In this document: positions 40,831 through 50,019 of the stretch, piece after piece
Numbering within the stretch: position 1 is the stretch's first letter
Layout of the letters: each line of letters begins with the position of its first letter
Assembly (NCBI GenBank): GCA_043803385.1
Contig: JAZDKA010000049.1
Location: 1 to 50,255 of the forward strand
Direction: 5' to 3'
Origin: Patescibacteria group bacterium
GTDB taxonomy: Bacteria; Patescibacteriota; Minisyncoccia; Moranbacterales; JAKLHP01
DNA length: 50,255 nucleotides
Translations under genes and position numbers: made by a program
The notes under the pieces: generated by a model
Seen by the model: only the letters and a program-made list of their open reading frames with translations
Databases searched by the model: none
Told to the model about the DNA's origin: nothing

Positions 40831-40898
40831 TTTACCCTGTTGAATAGCTTTCTAAGAGAAAGCAATTTTGCAGAACAAAATTTATTCAACAGGGTAAA
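40831..40898. repeat. 68-nt Y-shaped palindromic element (candidate ncRNA or MITE-like element)
   Basis: Perfect 16-bp outer arms TTTACCCTGTTGAATA / TATTCAACAGGGTAAA. They enclose two hairpins: GCTTTCT-aag-AGAAAGC and ATTTTG-cagaa-CAAAAT. Confidence 0.5.
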
Positions 40899-40945
40899 AT
40901 TGACGCTGTTTATTTACTTTGTTAATATGATTTTGTACTTAAGCT

Positions 40946-41018
40946 GGCCATGTGGTGAAGTAGCTAACACGGCGGTCTGCAAAACCGCTATTCGTGGGTG
41001 CAAATCCCACCGTGGCCT
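40946..41018 (+). tRNA. tRNA-Cys(GCA)
   Basis: GGCCATG...GCGGT-CTGCAAA-ACCGC...GTGGGTGCAAATCCCAC-CGTGGCC-T (U73 discriminator). Confidence 0.85.
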
Positions 41019-41035
41019 CATTTATTATCTAGTCT

Positions 41036-41119
41036 GGTCCAGTGGCGGAATTGGTATACGCACAGCACTTAAAATGCTGCGCTCGAAAGGGCTTGTGGGT
41101 TCGAGTCCCACCTGGACCA
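41036..41119 (+). tRNA. tRNA-Leu(UAA)
   Basis: GGTCCAG-TG-GCGGAATTGGTATACGC...CAGCA-CTTAAAA-TGCTG, long variable arm, GTGGGTTCGAGTCCCAC-CTGGACC-A. Confidence 0.9.
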
Positions 41120-41120
41120 C

Positions 41121-41150
41121 AAAAAAATCCTCTTTTCGGAGGATTTTTGT
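41121..41150. terminator. Bidirectional rho-independent terminator between tRNA-Leu and udg
   Basis: A-run, AAATCCTC / GAGGATTT stem, T-run. Confidence 0.7.
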
Positions 41151-41151
41151 T

Positions 41152-41799
41152 TCAAAATAAAGTTTTTTGCTTGTCTTCAGCAACATTATTTTTGTTTTCT
41201 TCAATAATTTCATTTCCGGCTTTTTCCACCGCTTCCAGAACTTTAGGAATTTTTTTAAAATCTTGGATTAAGACTTCCCGCATTGAACCGTTATAAAGCG
41301 CGGCGGCAGGATGGTAGAGCGCATAAAAAACCCTTGCACCGAGTCCAGGAATATTTCTTCGCATGGCTTTTCCGTGAATCTGGGATATTTTTTGATTGAG
41401 TAAAAATCTTTCCATTGAATGCCTGCCGAGCATCACTATTAATTTTGGGTCTATTATTTCTATCTGTTTTTCCAGCCATGGCCAGCAAGCTTCAGCTTCC
41501 TCCGGGAGTGGATCCCTGTTGCCAGGAGGGCGGCATTTTACTATGTTGGCAATATAGACTTCTTCTCTTTTCAAATTAATCGAGGCGAGCATTTCATCCA
41601 GAAACTTTCCGGCCGCACCGACAAAAGGGCGGCCTAATTCATCTTCTCTCTGTCCAGGACCTTCGCCGATGAACATAATTTCCGCTTCAGTGCTTCCTTC
41701 TCCGGGAACAACCCTTTTACAAGTTCCACGTAGAACACAAAGAGAACATTCTAACATTTTTTTATTTAGTTTTTCTAATTGTTCTTTTTTTGGAGACAT
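41152..41799 (-). CDS. udg: Uracil-DNA glycosylase, family 4
   Basis: CSLCVL...VVPGEGS...MFIGEGPG..EDELGRPFVGAAGKFL...NIVKCRPPGNR. Confidence 0.9.
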   Translation of the reverse strand: MSPKKEQLEKLNKKMLECSLCVLRGTCKRVVPGEGSTEAEIMFIGEGPGQREDELGRPFVGAAGKFLDEMLASINLKREEVYIANIVKCRPPGNRDPLPEEAEACWPWLEKQIEIIDPKLIVMLGRHSMERFLLNQKISQIHGKAMRRNIPGLGARVFYALYHPAAALYNGSMREVLIQDFKKIPKVLEAVEKAGNEIIEENKNNVAEDKQKTLF

Positions 41800-41804
41800 A
41801 TTAA

Positions 41805-42311
41805 TTATGTTAACTGATTTATTCTTATTAAATTAAACTTACCATCCTCCGTGTTCCAGATTGCAAACGTTGCCGGATAAAATTGCCCGGCTACATTTCC
41901 CGGATTTAGCATCATGCATCCGTTAATACTTTCTTCCCACGGTTTATGTGAATGTCCGTAAAATACAAAGTTATATTTTCCAGTTTTGCATAAACCCTTG
42001 GCAATTCTTAGAAAATGAACAAAGGCAACTCTAAGCCCATTAATTTCTACTTCTCCCTCTTCTTTAAATATTTTTGTTTTCTTGAATTCATTATTTTTGA
42101 AGAAATAATTTTTAAAATAATCATTATCCATATTTCCAAAAGTAAAATAAATTTCACCTTTAAAATTATCGTTGAGAAATTCTAAAGTTTCAATGGAAGC
42201 CAAGTCCCCGCAGCAAATTATTTTTTCAACCTTATCCAAAACACAATACTCCAAAACCTTCTTGAGATTTGGGATGTTATCATGCACATCTGATATAATC
42301 GCAATTTTCAT
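41805..42311 (-). CDS. YfcE/MJ0936-family metallophosphoesterase
   Basis: MKIAIISDVHDN, CCGDL, GNMD and YGHSH. ATG at 42311; the upstream extension reads through an ACGAAT repeat. Confidence 0.8.
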   Translation of the reverse strand: MKIAIISDVHDNIPNLKKVLEYCVLDKVEKIICCGDLASIETLEFLNDNFKGEIYFTFGNMDNDYFKNYFFKNNEFKKTKIFKEEGEVEINGLRVAFVHFLRIAKGLCKTGKYNFVFYGHSHKPWEESINGCMMLNPGNVAGQFYPATFAIWNTEDGKFNLIRINQLT

Positions 42312-42364
42312 GATTTCTTTACGAATTATGAATTTAATACGAATATACGAATCGAAGCAAAAAA

Positions 42365-43135
42365 CTATCTCTTTATTTCCTCTTTGGTCAGTTTCCAAAC
42401 CAAATTAAATATTTGCTTCATTACATCAGCAATATCGGGATTTTTGATAAGGATTCCTTGAATATAGCGATGGGAAACAATAAGAACATAGCTATCAAAA
42501 ATCTCTACTGAGATATTACTGGAATAATCCCTTTCTGGCAAAGCTTTCAACTCGACTCCAGAGTTTTTTATCATTTCTTTTTCCAGGTATTTTTTAATAG
42601 AAGGATGCAAACTAGTGATATATCTTCTTTTAATTTTATTTTCTTTGTATTCTTCATTTAATTCAATCCAGTATTTTTGAAGAAATTGCGGAGTATCTTT
42701 TTGATGAGCGTAAAAAGCTACAAAATTTCTTTCCGACTCTGGTTTCGTTTTCATAATCTTTACTAATTTTCTGTATATTTCCTTGAGACCCTCTATTTTT
42801 TCGTAATAAGAAACGCTGGCTTTTTCTTCTGTCTTTTTTTGTATCGCTAAAAGTTCTGGGAGTATTTCTTCAGCCGTTGAAATTTTTTCTTTAGCCAGAG
42901 CAATGCACTCTTGAGGAGATTTAGCTAAGAACATATGCTTTTCCTTATATGGAGTTTTAAGAACAAAACTTTTACTGACTAAATTATCCAGAATCACATA
43001 AGCAGTAGGCTTCTTAAGCCCGCTCCGTACAGCCACAGTATAGGCAGTCGCTTTTTCCAAAGACAAAAGCGCCAAATAAACTTTAGCCTCTTTTTCATTT
43101 AAACCAAGGTTTATTAACGATTCAATCAGTTCCAT
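42365..43135 (-). CDS. TrmB-family transcriptional regulator
   Basis: LGLNEKEAKVYLALLSLEKATAYTVAVRSGLKKPTAYVILDNLVSKSFV is a typical TrmB wHTH. Confidence 0.75.
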   Translation of the reverse strand: MELIESLINLGLNEKEAKVYLALLSLEKATAYTVAVRSGLKKPTAYVILDNLVSKSFVLKTPYKEKHMFLAKSPQECIALAKEKISTAEEILPELLAIQKKTEEKASVSYYEKIEGLKEIYRKLVKIMKTKPESERNFVAFYAHQKDTPQFLQKYWIELNEEYKENKIKRRYITSLHPSIKKYLEKEMIKNSGVELKALPERDYSSNISVEIFDSYVLIVSHRYIQGILIKNPDIADVMKQIFNLVWKLTKEEIKR

Positions 43136-43337
43136 ATCTCTGTTTTATCATTATTTTTAAAAATAGTCAATAATTTTGATGAATAAATGATAACATTTAT
43201 TTTATGCCTTATTTATGGCATTTTTATAACATATCCTATTCGTTTTTATTGATTAATTAATAAAAATATGCAAAAATATGTTGTTACCTAAAAATCGCAT
43301 AGGAGGTCATAAAAATGCTATCAAGGAGGGGAAAAAG

Positions 43338-43748
43338 ATGAAAAAAGATAAAGAAAGAGCAGCAGCGGTTTTGATTTTGATTAATATCCAGAAGGAGTTT
43401 AGCAAAAACAACACTAAAGTTGATTTGTGGTGGAAATCGGAACCCTACGAAGATGGAGATGGAATTACCATAGGATGGTATTGGCAATCATATTCTTTTC
43501 AAAAGGGTAAGTTTTGGCTAAGATCCACCACTAAATGGAAACGGTTTCGCTCTCGTGATGATGAATTTACAGAAAAAGAAAATGAGATTTGTCCGGAGGT
43601 TTTGTTGTCTTACTCTTTTGGTGAATACGACTTTTCAATCAGTGGGTGGGGGAAGGCTGTATCTTGTGTGAAAGGTGCGGAGGGTAAAAATTTTTTTGAA
43701 AAAGCACAGTTGATAGCCAACTACATACAATCTAAAATTCAAAAATGA
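43338..43748 (+). CDS. Hypothetical protein (Trp-rich)
   Basis: ATG preceded by AAGGAGGGG. Divergent from the TrmB gene. Confidence 0.5.
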   Translation: MKKDKERAAAVLILINIQKEFSKNNTKVDLWWKSEPYEDGDGITIGWYWQSYSFQKGKFWLRSTTKWKRFRSRDDEFTEKENEICPEVLLSYSFGEYDFSISGWGKAVSCVKGAEGKNFFEKAQLIANYIQSKIQK

Positions 43749-43814
43749 AAGAATTAAAATGAAGGCAGGGCTTAGCTAATCAAGCTCCTGCCTCTTTTGT
43801 TTCTGCAAGGAAAA

Positions 43815-44642
43815 TTATTTTTTGTCGCGCAATAATCGCAAGAGCTTGATATCTTCCCTGATCGCCGGCCATTCGGTTTCGCAGAGCATATCGATATTTT
43901 GGGATTTGGCAAAATTAACGATATTTTTAAAAGCTTCCAGGCCGATTTTTCCTTTTCCAATATGTTCGTGGCGATCTTTTTTGGATCCAAGTTCCGACTG
44001 ACTATCGTTGGCATGGATTAATTTTATATTTTTAATTCCTAATTCTTTATCAATTTGCTTAATTGTTTTTTTAAAATCTCGCCAATCATAGCCCGAAGCG
44101 AAACTATGCTGGGTATCGAGACAAATTCCGGCTATAGCGGAATTGTTTACTTTTTTAATAATTTCTCCGAGTTCTGAAAGATTGTCTCCGATAATTTCTC
44201 CTGTCCCCGCGCTATTTTCCAAAAGAAGCTTGGTTTTCCCATTGTAATCATCGAGCATTTTTTTAAGCATTTCTACTATTATATCGATTGATTCTTTTTG
44301 TCCCAATTCTCTGGCTGAACCAAGATGGGTCATTACATACTTAGCTCCAATCAACGATCCTCTTTCCAGTTCATCTCTAATAACACTCGCTGAACCATAA
44401 CGAATGCGATTATTCTTTGAAGCGAAGTTGATATAATAGGGAGCGTGGATATAAGTATTTTGTATCTGGTATTTAGTATTTTGTATTTTGAAGTTCTTTA
44501 TAATTTCCTCTGCTAGTTCCGGGGCTTTTCCGCCTTGAGGGGCGCGGGTAAAAATCTGCATTACTTCACAGCCCAAATCATGCGCCCTTTGGGGAGCATT
44601 TTCAATCCCGCCGTCGATAGAAACATGGCAACCAATGTTCAT
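43815..44642 (-). CDS. nfo: Endonuclease IV
   Basis: IGCHVS, IHAPYYINFAS, THLGS, LLENSAG, CLDTQHSF, IHANDS and HEHIGKG metal-ligand contexts. Confidence 0.9.
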   Translation of the reverse strand: MNIGCHVSIDGGIENAPQRAHDLGCEVMQIFTRAPQGGKAPELAEEIIKNFKIQNTKYQIQNTYIHAPYYINFASKNNRIRYGSASVIRDELERGSLIGAKYVMTHLGSARELGQKESIDIIVEMLKKMLDDYNGKTKLLLENSAGTGEIIGDNLSELGEIIKKVNNSAIAGICLDTQHSFASGYDWRDFKKTIKQIDKELGIKNIKLIHANDSQSELGSKKDRHEHIGKGKIGLEAFKNIVNFAKSQNIDMLCETEWPAIREDIKLLRLLRDKK

Positions 44643-44793
44643 ATAATAAAGTCTGAGAGTTTATTATAGTCTAATTTTACCACTAAAACTTTCTTAATTA
44701 AACCAAGCGCTCAAATTTCTAATTAACCTAATTTCTAAAATTTTTTAATTGGGATTTATTTAGATCAATTAGAAATTAGAATAATTATAAATT

Positions 44794-45753
44794 CTAAATA
44801 ATTTCCCACCCCTCTTCCGTTTCGATAATTTTTCCCCTTACTTCAAATCCGCTGGCTAGCCTGTGGCCGCCGCCGCCGAACCGATGGGCAATTTCAGAAA
44901 CATCTGTTTCCTTGTATTCTTCCGAACGGAGGCTTCCTTTAATAACATCTCCCTCTCTTTGGGAAAGAATAAGTGAAAATCTGGTTCCGGGAACAGTGTT
45001 GAGTATCGACGCAACCTGAGCGATATCTTCAGTAGATGCATCGCATTCCTTAATATCGTCTTGGGTGAGAACGGTGGCTATCATTCCGTTTTTTCGATTG
45101 ATCTTAGCTTTTTCAAAAGCTCTTCCCCAAAGTTTCAGGGTTGATATTTTTTTATTGGCAAAAACTATATCGACTATTTTTGAAATTGGCGCTCCTTTTT
45201 TCATAAGATCGGAGGCAATATTCATTACATGAGTCGAGGTATTGGCATGCTGGAAGCTCCCAGTGTCTCCCAAAATTCCAACCATAAGACAAGTAGCAAT
45301 TTCTTTGGTTATTTTGAGATTGTAGAAAGAAAAAAAGCGATAAATTATTTCGCAAACTGATGAGCGAGTCGAATCGATTATATTCACATCACCTTGAATA
45401 ATGATGTCGGGATGATGATCGATTAGAATTGTAGCTTGACTTTCGTTAAGTTTGGGAATTATTTTGCTAAATCCTCTTTCCACGCTATCGCAAGCAATAA
45501 TTGCATCGTAAGAAGCTATGTTTAGCCTGTCCGGAAAAATAAACTCAGAGGAAAAAAGTTTTTCAAGGTACTCAGGAAACGGATCGTAGCAGGCGATATC
45601 TGCTTTTTTTCCAAGCGATTTTATATACTCTTTCAAAGCAATATTAGCTCCGACAGTATCTCCGTCCGGGCCCGTGTGCGCAAAGAGAAGCACATTCTTC
45701 GATTTGTTGATTATATAATTTAAGGTATTGAATTCTTTAACAAAAAAGTTCAT
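44794..45753 (-). CDS. nrnA: DHH/DHHA1 phosphoesterase (NrnA-like oligoribonuclease / pAp phosphatase)
   Basis: HTGPDGDTVGA, IDHHP and GGGGHRLASG. Confidence 0.8.
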   Translation of the reverse strand: MNFFVKEFNTLNYIINKSKNVLLFAHTGPDGDTVGANIALKEYIKSLGKKADIACYDPFPEYLEKLFSSEFIFPDRLNIASYDAIIACDSVERGFSKIIPKLNESQATILIDHHPDIIIQGDVNIIDSTRSSVCEIIYRFFSFYNLKITKEIATCLMVGILGDTGSFQHANTSTHVMNIASDLMKKGAPISKIVDIVFANKKISTLKLWGRAFEKAKINRKNGMIATVLTQDDIKECDASTEDIAQVASILNTVPGTRFSLILSQREGDVIKGSLRSEEYKETDVSEIAHRFGGGGHRLASGFEVRGKIIETEEGWEII

Positions 45754-45777
45754 AGGGGCATATAAAAAACTTGCTAA

Positions 45778-46116
45778 CTAGCCCCTATCAATATCCCTTA
45801 AAATTTTTTCAACCTTATCTGCCTTCAATTCGGTCAAATCCACAGTAAATTCAATCCTCGGCATGATTTTAATAGCAAGCTTTTTATTAAGTTTTCCTTG
45901 AAGAAAATGAATTTCTTTTTTTAGAGTTTTTAGAACGTAGTTTGTTTCCTTCTCTGGAAAAATGCTAATGAATATACGAGTATAGCGAAGATCTTTGGTG
46001 GTGTCAACCTTAGCCACAGTTAAAAAAATCCCTGGTTTCAAATTAAGTTCCCGAGGTATAATTTCCGATATTTGCTGTTTTATAAGTTCATTTATTTTTT
46101 CAATTCTATGTCCCAT
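45778..46116 (-). CDS. rbfA: Ribosome-binding factor A
   Basis: Size, position directly downstream of infB, and LTVAKVDTTKDLRYTRIFIS. Confidence 0.85.
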   Translation of the reverse strand: MGHRIEKINELIKQQISEIIPRELNLKPGIFLTVAKVDTTKDLRYTRIFISIFPEKETNYVLKTLKKEIHFLQGKLNKKLAIKIMPRIEFTVDLTELKADKVEKILRDIDRG

Positions 46117-46121
46117 AGATT

Positions 46122-47882
46122 TTACAGTTTTCTCTTTTTCTCTTCTTCTCGATAGCAGATTAGATTGTCTCCTTCTGCTATTTTAACGCTTCCTTCGAAA
46201 GTGAGCCCGCATTCATTGCCCTGATTTACTTCCTGGATATTTTGCTTGTTCTGCTGAAGATTGGGAAGTTTTCCTTTCCCAATAATTTCTCCGCCTCTTT
46301 TTACTTCAATATTTTCTCCCTTAACTACTTTTCCTTCGCTTACTCTTCCTCCAACAATCATATCCTTTTTCCCAGTTTTAAAAACCGCCAAAACTTTCAA
46401 AATCCCGAGGTCAGTTCTGATTATTTCTACTGGCAAAAGATCGGAAAGCATTTTTTTCACTTCTTCTACTAGTTCGTAAATTATATTATATGTCTTTATG
46501 GAAATTCCCGCTCCTTCAGAGAGGCGTTTGGCGACTGGAGTAGCGATGACATTAAACCCAAAGATTACTGCTCCTGCACTTTCTGCGATTTTTACATCAG
46601 ATTCGGTAATGTTTCCAACTCCAATTCCAATGTACTGAATCGCGACTTCTTCTGCTTTTATGGTAGAAAGTATCTGTTCAATAGCCTCGAGAGACCCCTG
46701 CACATCAGCTTTCAAAACTACTTTTAATCTCTTCGTTTCGTCTTCAGGTGACCCCTGATCTATTTTGGCTTTAAATGATTTACTTCCATTAGCCCGAGCT
46801 TTCATTTGAGAGAATGACTTTTTACTCACAATCTGTAAAATATCATTAGTTTTTGGAACATTTCCGAGTCCCATTATTGTAACTGGCGTGGAGGGCTCGG
46901 CTACGTTGATGCTTCTCCCGACAAAATCTTCCATTCTTCTTATTCTCCCAGTGGAGGATCCGGCCACAACATCTTGACCTACTTTAAGTGTCCCGGTTTT
47001 TACTAGGGCTGTTGCAACTGGTCCCTTTTTCGAATCAAGATGAGCTTCAAGAATTATAGCTAGCCCGTCTCTTTTAAAATCAGCTTTAAAATCTTCAACT
47101 TCTGCCACTAAGAGAATATCTTCCAGCAATTTGTCTACCCCTAATCCTTGTTTAGCGCTCACCTCGACTGCTATTACATCTCCGCCCCATTCCTCAATAA
47201 CGATTCCGTTGTCAGCCAACTCTTGTTTGACTTTAGCAATATTCGCTTCTGGTTTGTCAACTTTATTAATTGCCGCTATCACCGGCATCTTTTTTTCCTT
47301 AAGATAGGAAATCACTTCTTTTGTCTGCGGTCTTACTCCGTCATCAGCTGCTACAACTAAAACAACAATGTCGGCAATGCTTGCGCCGCGTTCGCGCATT
47401 GCCGAAAAAGCTTCGTGTCCTGGAGTATCAACAAAAGTAATCCACTTTCCTTTCTTTTTAACCTGATAGGCGCTAATGTGCTGGGTTATTCCTCCGGCTT
47501 CTTTGGCTGCTACGCTGGTTTTCCGAATTGTATCCAGAAGAGTAGTTTTTCCGTGGTCTACGTGGCCCAAAATAGTGACTACTGGAGCACGGCGTTCAAG
47601 AACTCTGCCTGATTCTTTTTCTTTTTTGATTATATCAATAAGTTTTTCTAGCGTTATAACCTCATTTTCATAAGTAGAAACATCTTCTTCCGTTGAAAAT
47701 CCCAGGTCCTGAGCAATAATGCTAGCTGTTTCAAAATCAACTTCCTCATTAATAGTTGCCAGTATTTTATTTCTCATCAATTCGGAAATTATTCGAGAGA
47801 CAGGCATATTTAAAATTTCAGCCAGTTTTTTGACAGTGACTGTCTGGGGAATTTTTATCGATTTTTGGCTTTCTGCTATCAT
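46122..47882 (-). CDS. infB: Translation initiation factor IF-2 (short form)
   Basis: [24 protein letters not shown] and the C-terminal IF-2 domains. Confidence 0.95.
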   Translation of the reverse strand: MIAESQKSIKIPQTVTVKKLAEILNMPVSRIISELMRNKILATINEEVDFETASIIAQDLGFSTEEDVSTYENEVITLEKLIDIIKKEKESGRVLERRAPVVTILGHVDHGKTTLLDTIRKTSVAAKEAGGITQHISAYQVKKKGKWITFVDTPGHEAFSAMRERGASIADIVVLVVAADDGVRPQTKEVISYLKEKKMPVIAAINKVDKPEANIAKVKQELADNGIVIEEWGGDVIAVEVSAKQGLGVDKLLEDILLVAEVEDFKADFKRDGLAIILEAHLDSKKGPVATALVKTGTLKVGQDVVAGSSTGRIRRMEDFVGRSINVAEPSTPVTIMGLGNVPKTNDILQIVSKKSFSQMKARANGSKSFKAKIDQGSPEDETKRLKVVLKADVQGSLEAIEQILSTIKAEEVAIQYIGIGVGNITESDVKIAESAGAVIFGFNVIATPVAKRLSEGAGISIKTYNIIYELVEEVKKMLSDLLPVEIIRTDLGILKVLAVFKTGKKDMIVGGRVSEGKVVKGENIEVKRGGEIIGKGKLPNLQQNKQNIQEVNQGNECGLTFEGSVKIAEGDNLICYREEEKKRKL

Positions 47883-47900
47883 AAAAATATTTCTATCCTC

Positions 47901-48407
47901 TTAATCTTTATTTAATTTGTTCTGTAATGCGATGTTTATTGCTTTTTTTTCTTCTTCGGTAAGAGGGTACTTTACCGCTTCTCCTTTATTAACGGGTTTT
48001 GCATATACCCTTGTTCCTTCTTTGGTGTGGAGAGATGAGATAACCACTCCTGAATTTTTGCCATCGAGAAAAGCAACTGAAAAACTTTGATCTCCTCCGA
48101 TATCATTAAATGGGTTAAACCTAATTATTCCAAACTTATGTATGCTTTTTAGAGTTAACTTGTGTATTTTATTAGAAATATTATATATTTCCTGAATTTC
48201 ATTGTCTAGCAGCTTTAGATTGGCTATATTTTTTACTACCAGTTCTTCTAAGTCTTTCCCATTTTTTCCTTCAAAAAATACCTTGCTTTTTTTATTTACC
48301 CTTGAAATTTTAATCAGGCAAATGCTTAACAAGAATATAGCAATAACGACTATCCCCGCAATAATTCCAAAAAATAAGCTTATATTTTGAGCAATAAAGT
48401 TGTTCAT
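47901..48407 (-). CDS. DUF4446-like membrane-anchored protein
   Basis: N-terminal TM span, then IIRFNPFNDIGGDQSFSVAFLD..NSGVVISSLH, as I recall for DUF4446. Confidence 0.55.
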   Translation of the reverse strand: MNNFIAQNISLFFGIIAGIVVIAIFLLSICLIKISRVNKKSKVFFEGKNGKDLEELVVKNIANLKLLDNEIQEIYNISNKIHKLTLKSIHKFGIIRFNPFNDIGGDQSFSVAFLDGKNSGVVISSLHTKEGTRVYAKPVNKGEAVKYPLTEEEKKAINIALQNKLNKD

Positions 48408-48636
48408 AACAAAAAAGCGCTTGTTTATTGTGATATCTTAATATAAACTAGCACTCATTTTTTAATTTGTCCACTATTTTTCAACATGTGCTTTTTATTT
48501 GCTTTTCTCCTGCTTAAACAAATCACAGATTGTAAACAATTTATTAACTTTTATTCCTGGAAGCCGTGCTTTGACTATGCTATAATTTTCAGTACATAAT
48601 CAAAATATTTCTTAAGGGATTCTAGCCCAATTTTTT

Positions 48637-50019
48637 ATGACAAATGAGGAACTTTGGCAAGCGGCGCTGGGAGAGATAGAGCTTTCTATTTCCAGGGCAA
48701 ATTTCATTACTTGGTTCAAAAATACCGCCATTTTATCAATTGAGGGTGGAAAGATTGTAATTGGGGTTCCTAACGGATTTTCGAAGGAGTGGTTGGAAAA
48801 TAAATACAGAAATTACATAATAAAGGCTTTACGAAACTTTCAAGATGAGGTTAAGGAAATAAGCTGTACTATCTATAATCCTTCAATTAATACTTTAAAT
48901 AAAGCAAAAACTGTCGATGCGATAAAAAATCCTAATCCCGTAAAAAATATTTCCGTTCCCTCTTTTCAGAGTAACTCTTCTCTTCTCTTAAAAGCCAACC
49001 TTAATCTCCGTTATTTATTTGAAAATTTTATTGTTGGCGAAAGCAATGAACTGGCCAGAGCCGCTTGTTTCGCTGTTTCCCAAAATCCCGGAAAAGTATA
49101 CAATCCTCTTTTTATTTATGGTGGAGTGGGACTGGGAAAAACTCATCTTTTGCAGTCAATTGGCAATGAGGTTCTGAAAAATGATCCTCAAAAAAGCGTA
49201 CTCTATATAACCCTGGAAAAGTTTGCCACCGATCTCATCGAATCGATAAAAAGCAACAAAGTAGCCGAATTTAAGGTAAAATTCCAGCAAATCGACCTTT
49301 TGATAATAGATGATATCCAGTTTTTGTCAGGGAAAGAGAAGACGCAGAATGAATTTTTCCACATATTTAATGCCCTGTACCAGCTAAACAAGCAAATTGT
49401 GCTAAGTAGTGATAGGCCTCCGAAGTCGATTGCTACCGTAGAAGACAGACTTAGGTCGCGATTTGAGGGTGGCATGATGGCTGACATCGGAAGACCCGAT
49501 CTTGAGACAAGAATGGCTATTTTAAAGGAAAAATCGATTGAACGAGGCCTTCCCCTAAATGATGACATAGCCAGATTTATAGCTGAAAACATTAAAAACA
49601 ACATCCGGGAGCTTGAAGGAGCTTTAAATAAGATAGTCGCCTCGTCAGAACTTCAGGGGAAAGAGCCAACCCTTGAATTTGTCAAAAAAACCTTGATTCC
49701 AATAATTTCGAGCAACAAAAAGAAGGGGGTTGGCCACCAAAATATCGTGGAGTTGGTTTCTGAATTTTACAATATAAACCCGGAAGATCTCTTAACTAAG
49801 GGAAGGAAGCAGGAAGTTGCCTGGGCAAGGCAAGTGGCTATGTTTTTAATGCGAAGCGAGTTAAATCTTTCTTATCCTAGCATTGGAGAAAAATTTGGCG
49901 GCAGAGACCACACAACCGCTCTTCACGCCTTTGAAAAAATAAATAAGGAACTCGAAGAAAATGAGAAATTAAAGGATGCCATCTTTGTTCTAAAAGAAAG
50001 ACTCTACACTATAGGATAG
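48637..50019 (+). CDS. dnaA: Chromosomal replication initiator protein DnaA
   Basis: Walker A GGVGLGKTHL, IDDIQF, box VII/VIII region and C-terminal DNA-binding helix GGRDHTTALHA. Confidence 0.95.
   Translation: MTNEELWQAALGEIELSISRANFITWFKNTAILSIEGGKIVIGVPNGFSKEWLENKYRNYIIKALRNFQDEVKEISCTIYNPSINTLNKAKTVDAIKNPNPVKNISVPSFQSNSSLLLKANLNLRYLFENFIVGESNELARAACFAVSQNPGKVYNPLFIYGGVGLGKTHLLQSIGNEVLKNDPQKSVLYITLEKFATDLIESIKSNKVAEFKVKFQQIDLLIIDDIQFLSGKEKTQNEFFHIFNALYQLNKQIVLSSDRPPKSIATVEDRLRSRFEGGMMADIGRPDLETRMAILKEKSIERGLPLNDDIARFIAENIKNNIRELEGALNKIVASSELQGKEPTLEFVKKTLIPIISSNKKKGVGHQNIVELVSEFYNINPEDLLTKGRKQEVAWARQVAMFLMRSELNLSYPSIGEKFGGRDHTTALHAFEKINKELEENEKLKDAIFVLKERLYTIG

Noticed and set aside
40777-41160. 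ORF 40777-41160 (127 aa)
   Set aside because: It reads through a terminator, the Y-shaped palindrome and two tRNA genes.
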